DNA of 64,000 bases from a virus (Duplodnaviria > Caudoviricetes): positions 13,788 to 77,787 of the IMG/VR virus record IMGVR_UViG_3300032038_000053. One strand, 5' to 3'. The translations under genes and the position numbers were made by a program. Shown piece by piece: positions 1 to 10,641 of this stretch. Every line of letters starts with the position of its first letter. The stretch's first letter is position 1. The notes under the pieces were generated by a model that worked only from the letters and a program-made list of their open reading frames with translations, was not told where the DNA came from and made no database searches.

Positions 1-665
1 TCACGTTCTTCGAATGTTTTTAAATCAAACTTGTAATCCCCATCACCAGTTTGAAATATAATGGTCAAATCCATTCGTTTCAATTTGTTAGGAGGATTCA
101 ATGCATATGTTGCCATTAATGCATTAATCAAATCCGTTCGAAATGTTTCCATGGATGGATTTTTGTATATGGGATAACGACGAGTATTGATCCATAATAC
201 TTTCTTTTTTGAGAAATTGTGTTTTGCTGTAATGATACTCATGATGCGATAAATCGTATCTTGAATGATTTGTGGGGATGCATACTTTAAATTCTGATTA
301 ATCTTCTTCAACAATTCTGTGAATGGAATATAAATGTTATCCGAAATCTTTGCTGGATATGGACTCTGTACTGGTATGATAGGTGGTTGTATCTTTTGCG
401 CATTTAGATAACTAATTTTCTTATTATAATCATTTTGTGACAAGATATATCGAATTGGTTTTCCACATAATGTGTCGACAAATCGATATGGGATTAATAT
501 CTTCTTATAATTGATCTTTGGTTGTGGAAAGTTTTTAATCATTTCCAAATCATATTCGAACGAATCGCTCACCAAAAAAATACTTACATCATGACTTTCG
601 GATGGTAAACGAAAACGTTCTTTCGTTGCCAAATAACTTGGGCGGGCATTAAAATCAACTGCCAT
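1..665 (-). CDS. hypothetical protein, truncated at window edge (MAVDFNARPSY...)
   Basis: ATG at 665 with upstream GGAG; frame read by hand is open to position 1; absent from ORF track because it has no stop in the window. Confidence 0.75.
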   Translation of the reverse strand, partial: MAVDFNARPSYLATKERFRLPSESHDVSIFLVSDSFEYDLEMIKNFPQPKINYKKILIPYRFVDTLCGKPIRYILSQNDYNKKISYLNAQKIQPPIIPVQSPYPAKISDNIYIPFTELLKKINQNLKYASPQIIQDTIYRIMSIITAKHNFSKKKVLWINTRRYPIYKNPSMETFRTDLINALMATYALNPPNKLKRMDLTIIFQTGDGDYKFDLKTFEER

Positions 666-722
666 AATTTATCACTCCAAACTTAATAAACTAAATGTAA
701 CGAATGAAAGGGAGGTGTTGTT

Positions 723-899
723 ATGAAAACAACATATTATGATACGTGTCCAAAGTGTGGTTGCACATTAGATCCTGGCGAGAGATGTGAAGACTGCTTT
801 CCTAAAGAAAAGGTTGTACTGAAAAACACACTGGATTACAAAACTGTCATGGAACGAATTGCAAGAAAGGAAGCTAAGTCACATGCTAAAACAAATTAA
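723..899 (+). CDS. small zinc-ribbon protein, 58 aa (CPKCGCTLDPGERCEDC)
   Basis: SD GGAGGTG upstream; two CxxC pairs; below ORF-track length cutoff. Confidence 0.75.
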   Translation: MKTTYYDTCPKCGCTLDPGERCEDCFPKEKVVLKNTLDYKTVMERIARKEAKSHAKTN

Positions 900-1167
900 T
901 GAATCGATAAAACCGATCTCGTATGAACCAGCAATGAGATTTGTCACAATGGAAGATATATTGGGTGATCAACTGGAGCACAATCATGTTGTGTATAATC
1001 CCATGTTGCCGAAAGAACGTCGTGAACATGTTCTCAAAATTGCCACAGAATTTCATTTCAAACACAAAACATTGACCGACGAAGACACAGATTTGTTGAC
1101 CACTTTTGATGTTACCGAATTATCAGAATTCATCAAAATGTACAAAAAAATTTTAAACATTGCGTGA
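883..1167 (+). CDS. hypothetical protein
   Basis: ORF track 859..1167; ATG at 883 overlapping previous gene is the likelier start; followed by hairpin. Confidence 0.65.
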   Translation: MLKQINESIKPISYEPAMRFVTMEDILGDQLEHNHVVYNPMLPKERREHVLKIATEFHFKHKTLTDEDTDLLTTFDVTELSEFIKMYKKILNIA

Positions 1168-1174
1168 GTGGAAT

Positions 1175-1195
1175 ATGCCGGGCTTAGCCCGGCAT
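1175..1195. terminator. GC-rich hairpin between convergent genes
   Basis: ATGCCGGGC-TTA-GCCCGGCAT. Confidence 0.7.
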
Positions 1196-1203
1196 TCCAT
1201 ACG

Positions 1204-1797
1204 TTACACTTCTTCGATAAATTCCACACGCAGAATGTGATTTTCCATATTGACCAATCTTGCAATGGTTGTGATAGACACGACGAGTTCTTCTTTATGT
1301 TTCGACATGTCATACTTCACAAGGAACTGTCCGATATTATTCGCAATTGTCGGCTTTAACAGTTTCGACAGCTTTTCACGGACCATCTGGGGGGTAATAC
1401 CGAAATAACTCACAACAAACTCAAACATTTCATTGAAGTGACAACTGTCGGAAGTATCAAATCTCCATGTGTTGATGACGTTCGTCATATCGCCCGTTGT
1501 GAGTTTCATGACACAGATGATGTTGGGCTGGTACTTTCTCACCTGGTCGAGGATCTCTCCCAGCTTTGACTGAGAGATGGTGTTGGTTGACGAGTTCAAC
1601 ATCTTAATCAGCGTAGAGGACAAGGAGCTGACTTTGATGAGTTCGTCGTTGATTGACTTGCAAAGTGCGACCATAATGGCGTCACCGTTCACTTTCTTAG
1701 ACATGTCGATTTTCTCTTGGGTTGAGATTACATGCTTCAGATTGTCGATGGCGTCGGGACACATCAATGCTTTTGCTTCTTCGATGCTTTTATTCAT
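1204..1797 (-). CDS. hypothetical protein (lone accessory gene with own AT-rich upstream region)
   Basis: 197-aa ORF, SD AAGGAGG. Confidence 0.8.
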   Translation of the reverse strand: MNKSIEEAKALMCPDAIDNLKHVISTQEKIDMSKKVNGDAIMVALCKSINDELIKVSSLSSTLIKMLNSSTNTISQSKLGEILDQVRKYQPNIICVMKLTTGDMTNVINTWRFDTSDSCHFNEMFEFVVSYFGITPQMVREKLSKLLKPTIANNIGQFLVKYDMSKHKEELVVSITTIARLVNMENHILRVEFIEEV

Positions 1798-1854
1798 GAT
1801 TGCATCCTCCTTTCGTGTTAAATATATATGTTTTTACAAAATAAAAAATATGAA

Positions 1855-1872
1855 CCCGGGCTTTCGCCCGGG
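1855..1872 (-). terminator. intrinsic terminator after virion gene block
   Basis: CCCGGGC-loop-GCCCGGG followed by T-rich run on - strand. Confidence 0.7.
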
Positions 1873-1888
1873 TATCACATCATTCATT

Positions 1889-2761
1889 TTACCATTTTAA
1901 ATATCGATCAAAGCCATCTTGTTTTGCATATTGATTGAAAACTCGATCCATCTTCACGAGACAGTATTCAATAATTGCACGATTCAATCCTTCTTCAGTT
2001 GTCATTTTTCTATGTTCCTTGACATATGCTTCGGTAACAATATTACCACACATATTCAGAATAACGGATTCGTTTGTCATATCCTGTGATGGTGTTTCGG
2101 AAGATTGATTCTGCTGATTGTCAGTTGTTGTGGGAGTTGTTTCATTGTCTTTCTTCTCCTCTTCTTCAGCCTTCTTCTTTTCTGCCTTTTCTTTTGATTT
2201 CTTATTTAATGATTCATCAAGATCATCAAATACTGGAGCTTCATTACCATTAACAATGACATTCGTAACATCGTTTACAATATCCTTGGAGACTTTATTC
2301 ATGAGATTCTGACGAAACTCATCATAGTTCTCACAATTCTTCAATAATTCTTTTGTCTTTAATTCCGCTTCTTCAATCACATTTGGATTTTTTGTTAAAC
2401 ATACTTCTTGTTCAACCTTGTCACATTGATCATTAATTTCCATAATGATATCACCAATTAACGGGGATTGCAATTTTTGACAACTAGACTTGAGATAATC
2501 ATAACAACTACCACCGTAGTTTGTGTTAATATGTCTCATAATGGATTGATCAATCATGTTATCTAAATCCTTTGTGTCGTCATGCATCATTGCAGAAATC
2601 AAATCTTTTAACACATACATACTCAGCTTCTCACGGAAGCTTACTTTATCAAACTTTTCAGGACCTGGATCATCAGGCATATCGTGTTTGTCAGCAAATG
2701 ACTTATCAGTATTCTTAATAATACTATCTAACAGATCTTTGATATCTGGCATATGTATCAC
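1889..2761 (-). CDS. hypothetical protein, probably virion-associated
   Basis: 290-aa ORF co-oriented with QE-motif proteins; low-complexity linker. Confidence 0.7.
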   Translation of the reverse strand: MIHMPDIKDLLDSIIKNTDKSFADKHDMPDDPGPEKFDKVSFREKLSMYVLKDLISAMMHDDTKDLDNMIDQSIMRHINTNYGGSCYDYLKSSCQKLQSPLIGDIIMEINDQCDKVEQEVCLTKNPNVIEEAELKTKELLKNCENYDEFRQNLMNKVSKDIVNDVTNVIVNGNEAPVFDDLDESLNKKSKEKAEKKKAEEEEKKDNETTPTTTDNQQNQSSETPSQDMTNESVILNMCGNIVTEAYVKEHRKMTTEEGLNRAIIEYCLVKMDRVFNQYAKQDGFDRYLKW

Positions 2762-2766
2762 CTCTA

Positions 2767-4923
2767 TTAATCATTTACAGCATTACCTGATTTCTTGATC
2801 ACTGGCAATGCGGCTTTTGTTGCAGATGTGAAAGCACGAATGGATGATTTTGCATTATCAATATCTTCCTTTACTCCAGAATTCTTGAAATTCAGAATCA
2901 GATTATTAGTTGCATGAATCATCGATGTTAATACTTTCTTACCCTTATCGTCGAATTCGTTTGTCTTGATTGCTCTAGCTAATGTCTTACTGAGCTTCTT
3001 TCCATCTTCATTTACAGATTCAACAATTTGCTTTAATGATTTCTTTTCATCGTTCAAATCACCTAATACTTTACGAAGATCAATTTCTACTTGGGAAGCA
3101 ACGGATGTTGCTGCTTCTAGTGATAGATCATCCCCACCAGTAGGTGTTGTACCAACAGCTCCAGCACCATCATTCAAGAATTCTTTTAGCTGACCAATTG
3201 GCATGGTCTTAACCTTTTCAGTAGCTTGTGCAATCAGATCATCCATTGACATATTATCAATATCGAGATCGCCCATTTCGCCAGTCTTAGAAGATGTGTC
3301 ACCCATATCATCGGTTGGTGTTGTGTCAGGAATATCTGTGGAGATATCATCAAGAGATGCTGCTGGATTACCCATATCTAATTCTGATGGATTATCCATA
3401 CCACCACCAAGATCATCACCACTAGGTGTATCCATATCAGGTGTTGATAAGTCACCACCCATATCACTACCAGGTGTGTTCATATCGGGAGTTGACATAT
3501 CTGTACCATCCATAGCAGAATCAAGATTACTAAATGTATCATCAACATTGTTGTCAAATGTTGGAGTTGTACTCATCAAATCTGGATTTGCTGTATTTGC
3601 TTCAGTTGCACTTGCAACATTATCAGCAATTTGTTGTGAAACATCATTCGTTGTTGCAGTTGACATATCTTCTGGTGCTGGTGCATTTGCATCTGGAGCA
3701 GGAGCAGCCGTTGGATCTGGTGCGGGAGGTGCTGCTGTAGTATCACCACCAGGAGCTGGAGCAGCATTAGGATCAGGAGCAGGAGCTGCTGTTGGATCTG
3801 CACCAGTATTGAAATCAATTGCTTCTTGATAGTAATTTAATGATCTACCACGAATCGGAACAAATGCTTCTTGTATCTTCTTTTCTTCCGATTTCTTGAA
3901 ATCCTTTTTGCAAACAAGATTCATCTTATCGAAATCTTTCTTTTCGACCTTGATGTTCTTGTATTGATGCTCTCCCTTACTATCGGATTCTTCTTTCGAC
4001 ATCTTCTTCTTCAATTCATCAATGTTTTCAATCTTGCCATTCTTTCCTTGACGAACAAGTCTTGTTTGGATTGACCATACAACGTGGTATGGTTTATTCA
4101 TTCCATCCACATCAAACTCAACAGCAACCACATACTTATCCATGACTGTTGGAACAATCACACGAACAGGAGTTGCAAGATCCCATACATCATTATTATA
4201 CAATTCACGACGATAACCATCTCTAATCAGTAGACCACGAAGGGCTTCACCAAGATTTTCAAAAGCATTCAAATTGTTTGCAACATTTAATGCGTGAATC
4301 TGATTTAAACTTAATTCATTTCGATTATTTAATTCAAAGAATACAGGAAGTTTTGCAATGTAATGTTTTGATTCTGGTTTATCCAAATGAAGTGGACCAA
4401 GGTCACACATGATTGTTGCAGGAACACGTTCATCTGTAATATGCATCATATCATTGCCAAACAATCCTTCTTGTACGATATAAGCATGATAATCTTCATA
4501 ACGACGGGTTGCATATTCGAATACACGTGCATCGTATGACTGATTGCTTTCACGATGAAACCGTTTAACTTTCTGCATTCCTTCTTGATAAAAATCTTCA
4601 AATGTTTTTTCTTTTGAATACGCTTCTGTTGCAATTGCTTGAACGTCCATGGGGATATCTACAATTCTTCCAGAAGTAACGTCCATCTCTACAAGATCCA
4701 ATTCAATATCATCTTCAATTGGGATATTGATGACTGGTCGTTCACGGTGTATGTTTTCACCCTCATTAGTTAATTCGTCCATTTCAGCAAATAGATGTGC
4801 GTATTCCAAAATCGCATTATCCAGCTCTTGCTCTTCTGTACTGCCCAATTCTTGTTCTTGAACATGAAACGCTTTTACTTCTTTTTCTTTTTTCGCAATT
4901 TCTTGCCTTAAGAAATTTAGCAT
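2767..4923 (-). CDS. putative head/inner-virion protein with Pro/Ala/Asp-rich linker
   Basis: 718 aa; DPTAAPAP and DMSTPD-like repeats; several xQE motifs. Confidence 0.6.
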   Translation of the reverse strand: MLNFLRQEIAKKEKEVKAFHVQEQELGSTEEQELDNAILEYAHLFAEMDELTNEGENIHRERPVINIPIEDDIELDLVEMDVTSGRIVDIPMDVQAIATEAYSKEKTFEDFYQEGMQKVKRFHRESNQSYDARVFEYATRRYEDYHAYIVQEGLFGNDMMHITDERVPATIMCDLGPLHLDKPESKHYIAKLPVFFELNNRNELSLNQIHALNVANNLNAFENLGEALRGLLIRDGYRRELYNNDVWDLATPVRVIVPTVMDKYVVAVEFDVDGMNKPYHVVWSIQTRLVRQGKNGKIENIDELKKKMSKEESDSKGEHQYKNIKVEKKDFDKMNLVCKKDFKKSEEKKIQEAFVPIRGRSLNYYQEAIDFNTGADPTAAPAPDPNAAPAPGGDTTAAPPAPDPTAAPAPDANAPAPEDMSTATTNDVSQQIADNVASATEANTANPDLMSTTPTFDNNVDDTFSNLDSAMDGTDMSTPDMNTPGSDMGGDLSTPDMDTPSGDDLGGGMDNPSELDMGNPAASLDDISTDIPDTTPTDDMGDTSSKTGEMGDLDIDNMSMDDLIAQATEKVKTMPIGQLKEFLNDGAGAVGTTPTGGDDLSLEAATSVASQVEIDLRKVLGDLNDEKKSLKQIVESVNEDGKKLSKTLARAIKTNEFDDKGKKVLTSMIHATNNLILNFKNSGVKEDIDNAKSSIRAFTSATKAALPVIKKSGNAVND

Positions 4924-5004
4924 GTTAAATCACTCCTTATATTTGTTTTTAAAATATAGATATCGTTTATTTGAGACATCGAAGTAGTATGGTTTCATGT
5001 CTCA

Positions 5005-5151
5005 TTATAAAACAAAGCCGAAGGTTTCCATATACAATTCAGCAACCATTTCGGGTGTTAACTCTACAATACCAATGTCTTCCAATTCCATATCACCCTC
5101 AACTGTGACACCGTTGATTGTAGGAAGATCTTCCAATTGGTTATAATCCAT
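5005..5151 (-). CDS. 48-aa peptide MDYNQLEDLPTINGVTVEGD...
   Basis: SD GAGGTG upstream; resembles the DYNxLxNKPxINGVxLxG motif recalled from phage tail-fibre proteins. Confidence 0.6.
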   Translation of the reverse strand: MDYNQLEDLPTINGVTVEGDMELEDIGIVELTPEMVAELYMETFGFVL

Positions 5152-5165
5152 ACGATCACCTCATT

Positions 5166-7109
5166 ATGAAAGGAGAATGCTTGATGATTGTCATCGAAAA
5201 ATATGAGAAGCAGGTATTTGATGTTTACATGACATCGCACCCCAATGCCGATCCTAATAAGGTTCGTGCATTAATTTCTCAGATGACACAAAAGAATTTT
5301 GTCGACATCCCGTGTGTGATGGACAATAACATTCGTCATGAAACTGAACACACAACTGTCGCAAATGTATTTGATTGGCTTGAACAACGTAAACCAATCA
5401 TATCCAGTAACGGTACCTTCTTCAAACAACATGCTGAATACCTGTCACCAACTGTTTTGTTCTTGGAGACATTAGGTAATGAACGTAGCAGTGAGAAGAA
5501 ATTGATGTATCAATTCCCAAAGGGATCTGCTCCATACGTTATGCATTATACTGGACAAGGTAACATTAAAGTCATTATGAACTCGGATTATGGTGGGTCT
5601 GGAACCCCACTCTCACCCTTCTATTCTATGTATATTCCACCGGCTACAACTGGCAGTGCCAAGAACATGACGACTACCTTAATTTGTTGTCTGGAGCTCT
5701 TATCTGGCAATGAAGATCCATGGGCAAAGTTGAATGGAATCAATGAATTGTATGATCTGATTTATAAGGTTTTAACCACAGATGTGTCCGATCGAAAGTT
5801 AATGGTTCATGATCGATTCTCAACAAAGCAAGTTGTGGAATATCTCATTAAGAAAGTAAACAACCCAACCATCACAGATATTAGATATCTCACACAGTTT
5901 GTAGACGGTTTGAGTGATGACTTAAAATGCAGATTGATGTTGGCGTATAATCTCAGATTTGTGTTAACACAATATCTTTCCGGATATGTTGGAAACATTA
6001 TGAGATATCTTAAAGCACATCGGTTAGATACTAATAACATCACAAAAGAGACCATTCAGTCAAGTGGTTATGGTGTGGAACCTCCGGAAGAAATTAAAGA
6101 AGATTTGGACTTTGTGAAACAGTTCATTCTTGATAATTGTTTGTATCATTATTTGGTAAATGATGCAGAAGTACGTGCAACACAAATGGAAAGATTGTGT
6201 GTATGTGTCACAGATACTGATTCATTAATGGTTCATTTCGCATCGTTCTTGGACGAATTTCAAGCACGTGTTCCATCGTATCGTGATTCCTGTTTGATTG
6301 CATCTGCATTTGGGTTCCGCCTGTTTATTGAAGCAATCATTCCTAAGATGGTAGAAGATATTGCCAATTATCGTGGAATCCAAGATAAGTACTATCGTGA
6401 CAAGTTCATATTCAAGAATGAGTTCGCATTCTTAGCAATGTCATTGTTTGCGAAGAAAATGTATTCCGCATCATGTTTTGTTCAAGAAGGAAATCCACGT
6501 AACATTCATGAGATCCAAGTAACTGGTTTGTCATTTAAGAAACGTGCATCTGCAGAATTCTTAGAACCAATTATGGTAGATTTGTATGACAGGTATGTGT
6601 TAACTCCTGATAAAATTCAGGTGGGAAAATTGTTGGATGAGTATTATGCATTAAGAGAACGATTGATGGAAGTGGTTGATAAAGATGCGTCATATCATCA
6701 GGTCATGGGCATCAAGGCAATCGAATCATATACAAAATCCAAGACACTTCCGAAACAGATGCGTGGAATGATCATATGGAATGCCATGTTCCCTGATGAA
6801 GAAATATTACCAATGGATCGTGTCACAGTTATTCCAGTATCATTCGAATTGATGGAGAAACATCGTAACATTCCATTATTAGCAAAGGTATTGGAATTAT
6901 GTTTAGTAGATAATCCGAAGAAGAAGGATTCGTATATTAGTCTTCCTGAGACGTATAAGGAAATTCCTGATTGGTTACGTCCTGGCATTGATAAAGACTA
7001 TTGTGTTGACAAGTTACTTTCACCATTCAAGCAGTTGCTTGGTTTGTTTGATGTGATGATGACAGATCGAGCTGGTGGAATGTATCCGAGTCGCATGATA
7101 TTCTTATAA
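5166..7109 (+). CDS. family B DNA polymerase, catalytic part of a split phiKZ-type polymerase
   Basis: motif B KVIMNSDYG and motif C VTDTDS; no exonuclease domain or DxxSLYP motif A seen in this ORF. Confidence 0.85.
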   Translation: MKGECLMIVIEKYEKQVFDVYMTSHPNADPNKVRALISQMTQKNFVDIPCVMDNNIRHETEHTTVANVFDWLEQRKPIISSNGTFFKQHAEYLSPTVLFLETLGNERSSEKKLMYQFPKGSAPYVMHYTGQGNIKVIMNSDYGGSGTPLSPFYSMYIPPATTGSAKNMTTTLICCLELLSGNEDPWAKLNGINELYDLIYKVLTTDVSDRKLMVHDRFSTKQVVEYLIKKVNNPTITDIRYLTQFVDGLSDDLKCRLMLAYNLRFVLTQYLSGYVGNIMRYLKAHRLDTNNITKETIQSSGYGVEPPEEIKEDLDFVKQFILDNCLYHYLVNDAEVRATQMERLCVCVTDTDSLMVHFASFLDEFQARVPSYRDSCLIASAFGFRLFIEAIIPKMVEDIANYRGIQDKYYRDKFIFKNEFAFLAMSLFAKKMYSASCFVQEGNPRNIHEIQVTGLSFKKRASAEFLEPIMVDLYDRYVLTPDKIQVGKLLDEYYALRERLMEVVDKDASYHQVMGIKAIESYTKSKTLPKQMRGMIIWNAMFPDEEILPMDRVTVIPVSFELMEKHRNIPLLAKVLELCLVDNPKKKDSYISLPETYKEIPDWLRPGIDKDYCVDKLLSPFKQLLGLFDVMMTDRAGGMYPSRMIFL

Positions 7110-7129
7110 TGATAATTGTATGAAAGGAG

Positions 7130-7681
7130 GTGATGTGTATGACCTGGGAAGAGTTGTATATTTGGATTGAATCGTATGCTGGTGTTAGTTATGATGTGTC
7201 TGATTTGATTCTCGCATTAAGTGGTGATGCGATCTTCTTGAATCCTGTAACATGGAGAAACATGTTGTCAATCTTGTTGGATCGGTTGAATTCCATGATT
7301 GATATCATTAATGAGAATTATCATAATTTACCAGAGGATGCTCCACCGAAAGACACGTTAAAGACAGATATCACATCAATGGTGTTGACCAATATCGTCG
7401 AGATTGTAAACGACATTAAACAGAAGCTTGGTATTGAACCATCCGAGATTCGTCGTTTCGTTGTATTGGAAAAACATGTTGACGCATTGACTGATTTGAT
7501 TCGTGCTTTATCCGAAAATTCATTAGAGAAATTGATGAAAGAAGATTGGTTTGACGAATATGAGAATGACAATAATGAATTCTTAACGATGACATTCAAT
7601 ATCTCGAAGAATGATTTACCGAGCATGCAGTTTTCAATCAATGACATTAGACAGATGCATGAAGATGAGGAATCCGAATAA
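7130..7681 (+). CDS. hypothetical protein
   Basis: 183-aa ORF in replication cluster, SD AAGGAGGTG. Confidence 0.75.
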   Translation: MMCMTWEELYIWIESYAGVSYDVSDLILALSGDAIFLNPVTWRNMLSILLDRLNSMIDIINENYHNLPEDAPPKDTLKTDITSMVLTNIVEIVNDIKQKLGIEPSEIRRFVVLEKHVDALTDLIRALSENSLEKLMKEDWFDEYENDNNEFLTMTFNISKNDLPSMQFSINDIRQMHEDEESE

Positions 7682-7721
7682 TATATAAGGTTCCTGATGA
7701 AACGATTAAATACTATTTTAT

Positions 7722-8327
7722 ATGCCGAAAGGAGAAATTATTATGGCACTTATGAATGGAAATGGTTTTAACAACCAGAACAACAACAACAATGGTGAAC
7801 CGAAGAAGAAGAGCAATTTCCGTGTTGGTAGACTCTATGGTGATGACGGTATTCTTGATGTTTCCACATGGAATTCTGACAAGGGTGGTACGTATACTGT
7901 GCTGAGTATTAAGGCAGCGATTGGTAAGGATCCTTCCACTGGTGCAAATGCTTATGAACAGAAGATGGCTTCCGAACTCCCGAGTGTATTCCTGAATGTT
8001 GAAAACGTTTGTGCATTGATCGAAGCAATGAATCTGTCCAAACCCGAAACTGCGAATCTGTCACTTGATTGTGGCCGTTCCAAGATTACCATTGTTGGAC
8101 AGAATGACAGTGTTAAGATGACAATTGAAAACCAGAAGAATGGTACTCGCAATGTCACATTCAAGGCAATTTCTGTTGGTTCTTTGAAAGTATATTCCTT
8201 CTGGAAAGTACTGAAAGATTATCTGACAATCTGCTACAAGAAGGCTTCTCGTGTGAGACTGAACATGGAAGAATTTGGTTCTGCATTAGCAGGTGAAGAT
8301 CAGTCTGATGACGAAATCCCGTTCTAA
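7722..8327 (+). CDS. putative single-stranded DNA-binding protein
   Basis: acidic C-terminal tail ending DDEIPF, typical of SSBs; replication context. Confidence 0.65.
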   Translation: MPKGEIIMALMNGNGFNNQNNNNNGEPKKKSNFRVGRLYGDDGILDVSTWNSDKGGTYTVLSIKAAIGKDPSTGANAYEQKMASELPSVFLNVENVCALIEAMNLSKPETANLSLDCGRSKITIVGQNDSVKMTIENQKNGTRNVTFKAISVGSLKVYSFWKVLKDYLTICYKKASRVRLNMEEFGSALAGEDQSDDEIPF

Positions 8328-8962
8328 TGATTGATCTGGAAACAATCGGTAAGGCAGGCCTGATTATACAGTACGAAGATGTGATCTCGTTAATGGGATA
8401 CAATATTGCTGAATACTTTAAGCAAAACAAATTGAATGAAAAGTTTGAAAGGATGTCCTACGGGGACATCCTTTTGAGCTATATTAATCGTGAGCATTAT
8501 GATATCGATGAATGGTTTAAAACGGTATTCGATTATCAAATCAATATCAGCAAATTGTTGTCATCTAAAATCATGATGAAACCAAATCTTGTATATGCTT
8601 ATAAGGTATTTCATGAAGCTGCCAAACAAGGAAATTCGAATTTAATGATTTATTCCAATCATTATTCCGATGCGATTGAATCGCTCTTGCCATCTTTCGA
8701 AGTTCCTGCATTAACATATCAACATGATAATCTCGTGGAGTTATTGAACAACCATCGCAACTGCACCTTTATCACAAATAATCCAGATTCTATTGAATTA
8801 TGCAAATCTGTAAAAGCACCATTTGTGTTAACAATCCCGGATGATTTTCAATACATCACAGATATATCATTAGCTGGAATAGATGAGTTACGTAAACAAT
8901 ACAAACTTGTCTTTTTCACAAGTGTGATCTCTGGTGGTATATCCAATGTGATCCACGATTAA
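8327..8962 (+). CDS. hypothetical protein, possible degenerate HAD-like fold
   Basis: 211 aa, coupled to SSB stop; only weak HAD-like pattern. Confidence 0.5.
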   Translation: MIDLETIGKAGLIIQYEDVISLMGYNIAEYFKQNKLNEKFERMSYGDILLSYINREHYDIDEWFKTVFDYQINISKLLSSKIMMKPNLVYAYKVFHEAAKQGNSNLMIYSNHYSDAIESLLPSFEVPALTYQHDNLVELLNNHRNCTFITNNPDSIELCKSVKAPFVLTIPDDFQYITDISLAGIDELRKQYKLVFFTSVISGGISNVIHD

Positions 8963-8975
8963 AATATCGAGAGGA

Positions 8976-10628
8976 GTGCATATTCAAATGAAGAGTAAAC
9001 CCGAAGTAGTCAATAAGTCCCTGTTCTATCTGTATGATCCTGAAGAGACGTACACGTATAATGTGCATCATGGTACGGAGTATCCGTATCATGGTTTTCC
9101 CAAAGGTGCAGATGGACAGGTGTACAAGAAAACAAGATTCATCGAATGGGAACCGATTCCAGAAGATGTGATTATGCGTTATCTTGGACCGCAAATCATT
9201 GTCAATTTTGAAGCATTATTCCCTGGAGATGTAATTGATCCCGCAATTCAAATCTTCCAATTGCGTAGTAAGAGACCCGAGATTCAGAATCTCATCTGTG
9301 AACAGATTAACTTCTTCACAGCGTTGTATGATGATGATAATGATTTGTTGACATCGATGTTGGTTGCGAAGTACAAGACAGATTCTCAGACGTATACCAT
9401 TGCCACATTTGATGAATTCTATAAGGATATTTATGACACATTATTCCCTCCAAGAACTTTGGAAAAGATTGAAAAGATGGTGTCTGAGAATAATGTCGGC
9501 GATAATGTTGTTGGTTTGTTTCCTGTGGACTTTACTCACGATATGTACAAGGTATCATTTATGATTAAGATCATGCACATCTATGTGGAACACTTCATCC
9601 TTTCAACAGGTAATGTTCCCAAGGATCTGTATGAGTTGTTTGCACGTGCATTCACACACATCATGAACAATATCAATCCCAACATGTATATCTTACTCTA
9701 TAACTATGCAAACACAAGAGTCTTACAGACTATTGCATCTAATCAGGCAATCTATGAAATGAGAGCGATTGATGGTGTAACAGCACCGACTACCACACAG
9801 CATCTGATGAGAAAGACATTAATTTGTGATGGTTTGATTAAGCTCACATTTGCATCCGAATGGGATCCCATCCAGAAACGTCCAACGTATTCTTGTGTGG
9901 GATTGATTAAGTCTATTGTCAATCGGTATACCAATAACACTCGTAAAATGCAATTGAGATATTCGTTGATCAATGTTGATGGTGATATCTCACAATTGTT
10001 GGCTGATAATGTTGGTAGTAATGCGCCAATCTCCGTATTGCGCTCTTTCAATCCTGGTGAATACAGTTGCATGTTTAAGGATCTGAATATCATCATTGGT
10101 CAAATCATTTTGGAAATTGATATTGAACCTGTTGATTGGTATTTGGAAAATCTTGTACAAATGAATGATCTTTCAAGAATCTTGGTTGACACCGTGTTGT
10201 ATAATAAGTTTCATTCTTCATTATCGACAAACACATTGACCATGAAGCAGAAGTATATCATTCTGCTGTATGTCCGTCATATGATTATGGATATCTATAC
10301 TTTATCTGAAGAAGATACCATTTCACATCCATTGATTAATATCATCATGGGCAAAGTAACCAATACGTCTACAAAGACATTAACTCCCAAGGATTTAAAT
10401 GGCGTTAAGAAATATGTCAAGTTGAATAATCTGAGAGAGTATCTGTTGTCTGAAAAGAATGTCAATGTGTATGTGGAAAAGATCATTCAGTGTGTGTTAT
10501 CAAACTATACCATTGTCAATCATAATGATCCGTCATTACTGAATACTCCCCTGCTTTATGATTCAGGAAATATGACGGTTGCATTATTGGATATGATTGT
10601 ATCACTCTTTGAAGTGATGAGAACGTAA
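8976..10628 (+). CDS. conserved-type jumbo phage protein; candidate sigma-like promoter-specificity subunit of non-virion RNAP
   Basis: 550 aa, helical, directly upstream of beta'-N; size similar to phiKZ gp68/AR9 gp226. Function is inference only. Confidence 0.35.
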   Translation: MHIQMKSKPEVVNKSLFYLYDPEETYTYNVHHGTEYPYHGFPKGADGQVYKKTRFIEWEPIPEDVIMRYLGPQIIVNFEALFPGDVIDPAIQIFQLRSKRPEIQNLICEQINFFTALYDDDNDLLTSMLVAKYKTDSQTYTIATFDEFYKDIYDTLFPPRTLEKIEKMVSENNVGDNVVGLFPVDFTHDMYKVSFMIKIMHIYVEHFILSTGNVPKDLYELFARAFTHIMNNINPNMYILLYNYANTRVLQTIASNQAIYEMRAIDGVTAPTTTQHLMRKTLICDGLIKLTFASEWDPIQKRPTYSCVGLIKSIVNRYTNNTRKMQLRYSLINVDGDISQLLADNVGSNAPISVLRSFNPGEYSCMFKDLNIIIGQIILEIDIEPVDWYLENLVQMNDLSRILVDTVLYNKFHSSLSTNTLTMKQKYIILLYVRHMIMDIYTLSEEDTISHPLINIIMGKVTNTSTKTLTPKDLNGVKKYVKLNNLREYLLSEKNVNVYVEKIIQCVLSNYTIVNHNDPSLLNTPLLYDSGNMTVALLDMIVSLFEVMRT

Positions 10629-10641
10629 TGGAGGTATTCAA

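Noticed and set aside
3203-3829. 208-aa + strand ORF and similar long antisense ORFs (e.g. 45601..46137, 61433..61921, 24177..24653)
   Set aside because: Antisense shadows of low-complexity or well-supported genes on the other strand
4924-4975. AR9-type late promoter (AACA-N6-TA) upstream of virion genes
   Set aside because: Motif too short in AT-rich DNA and not consistently placed before other late genes by eye
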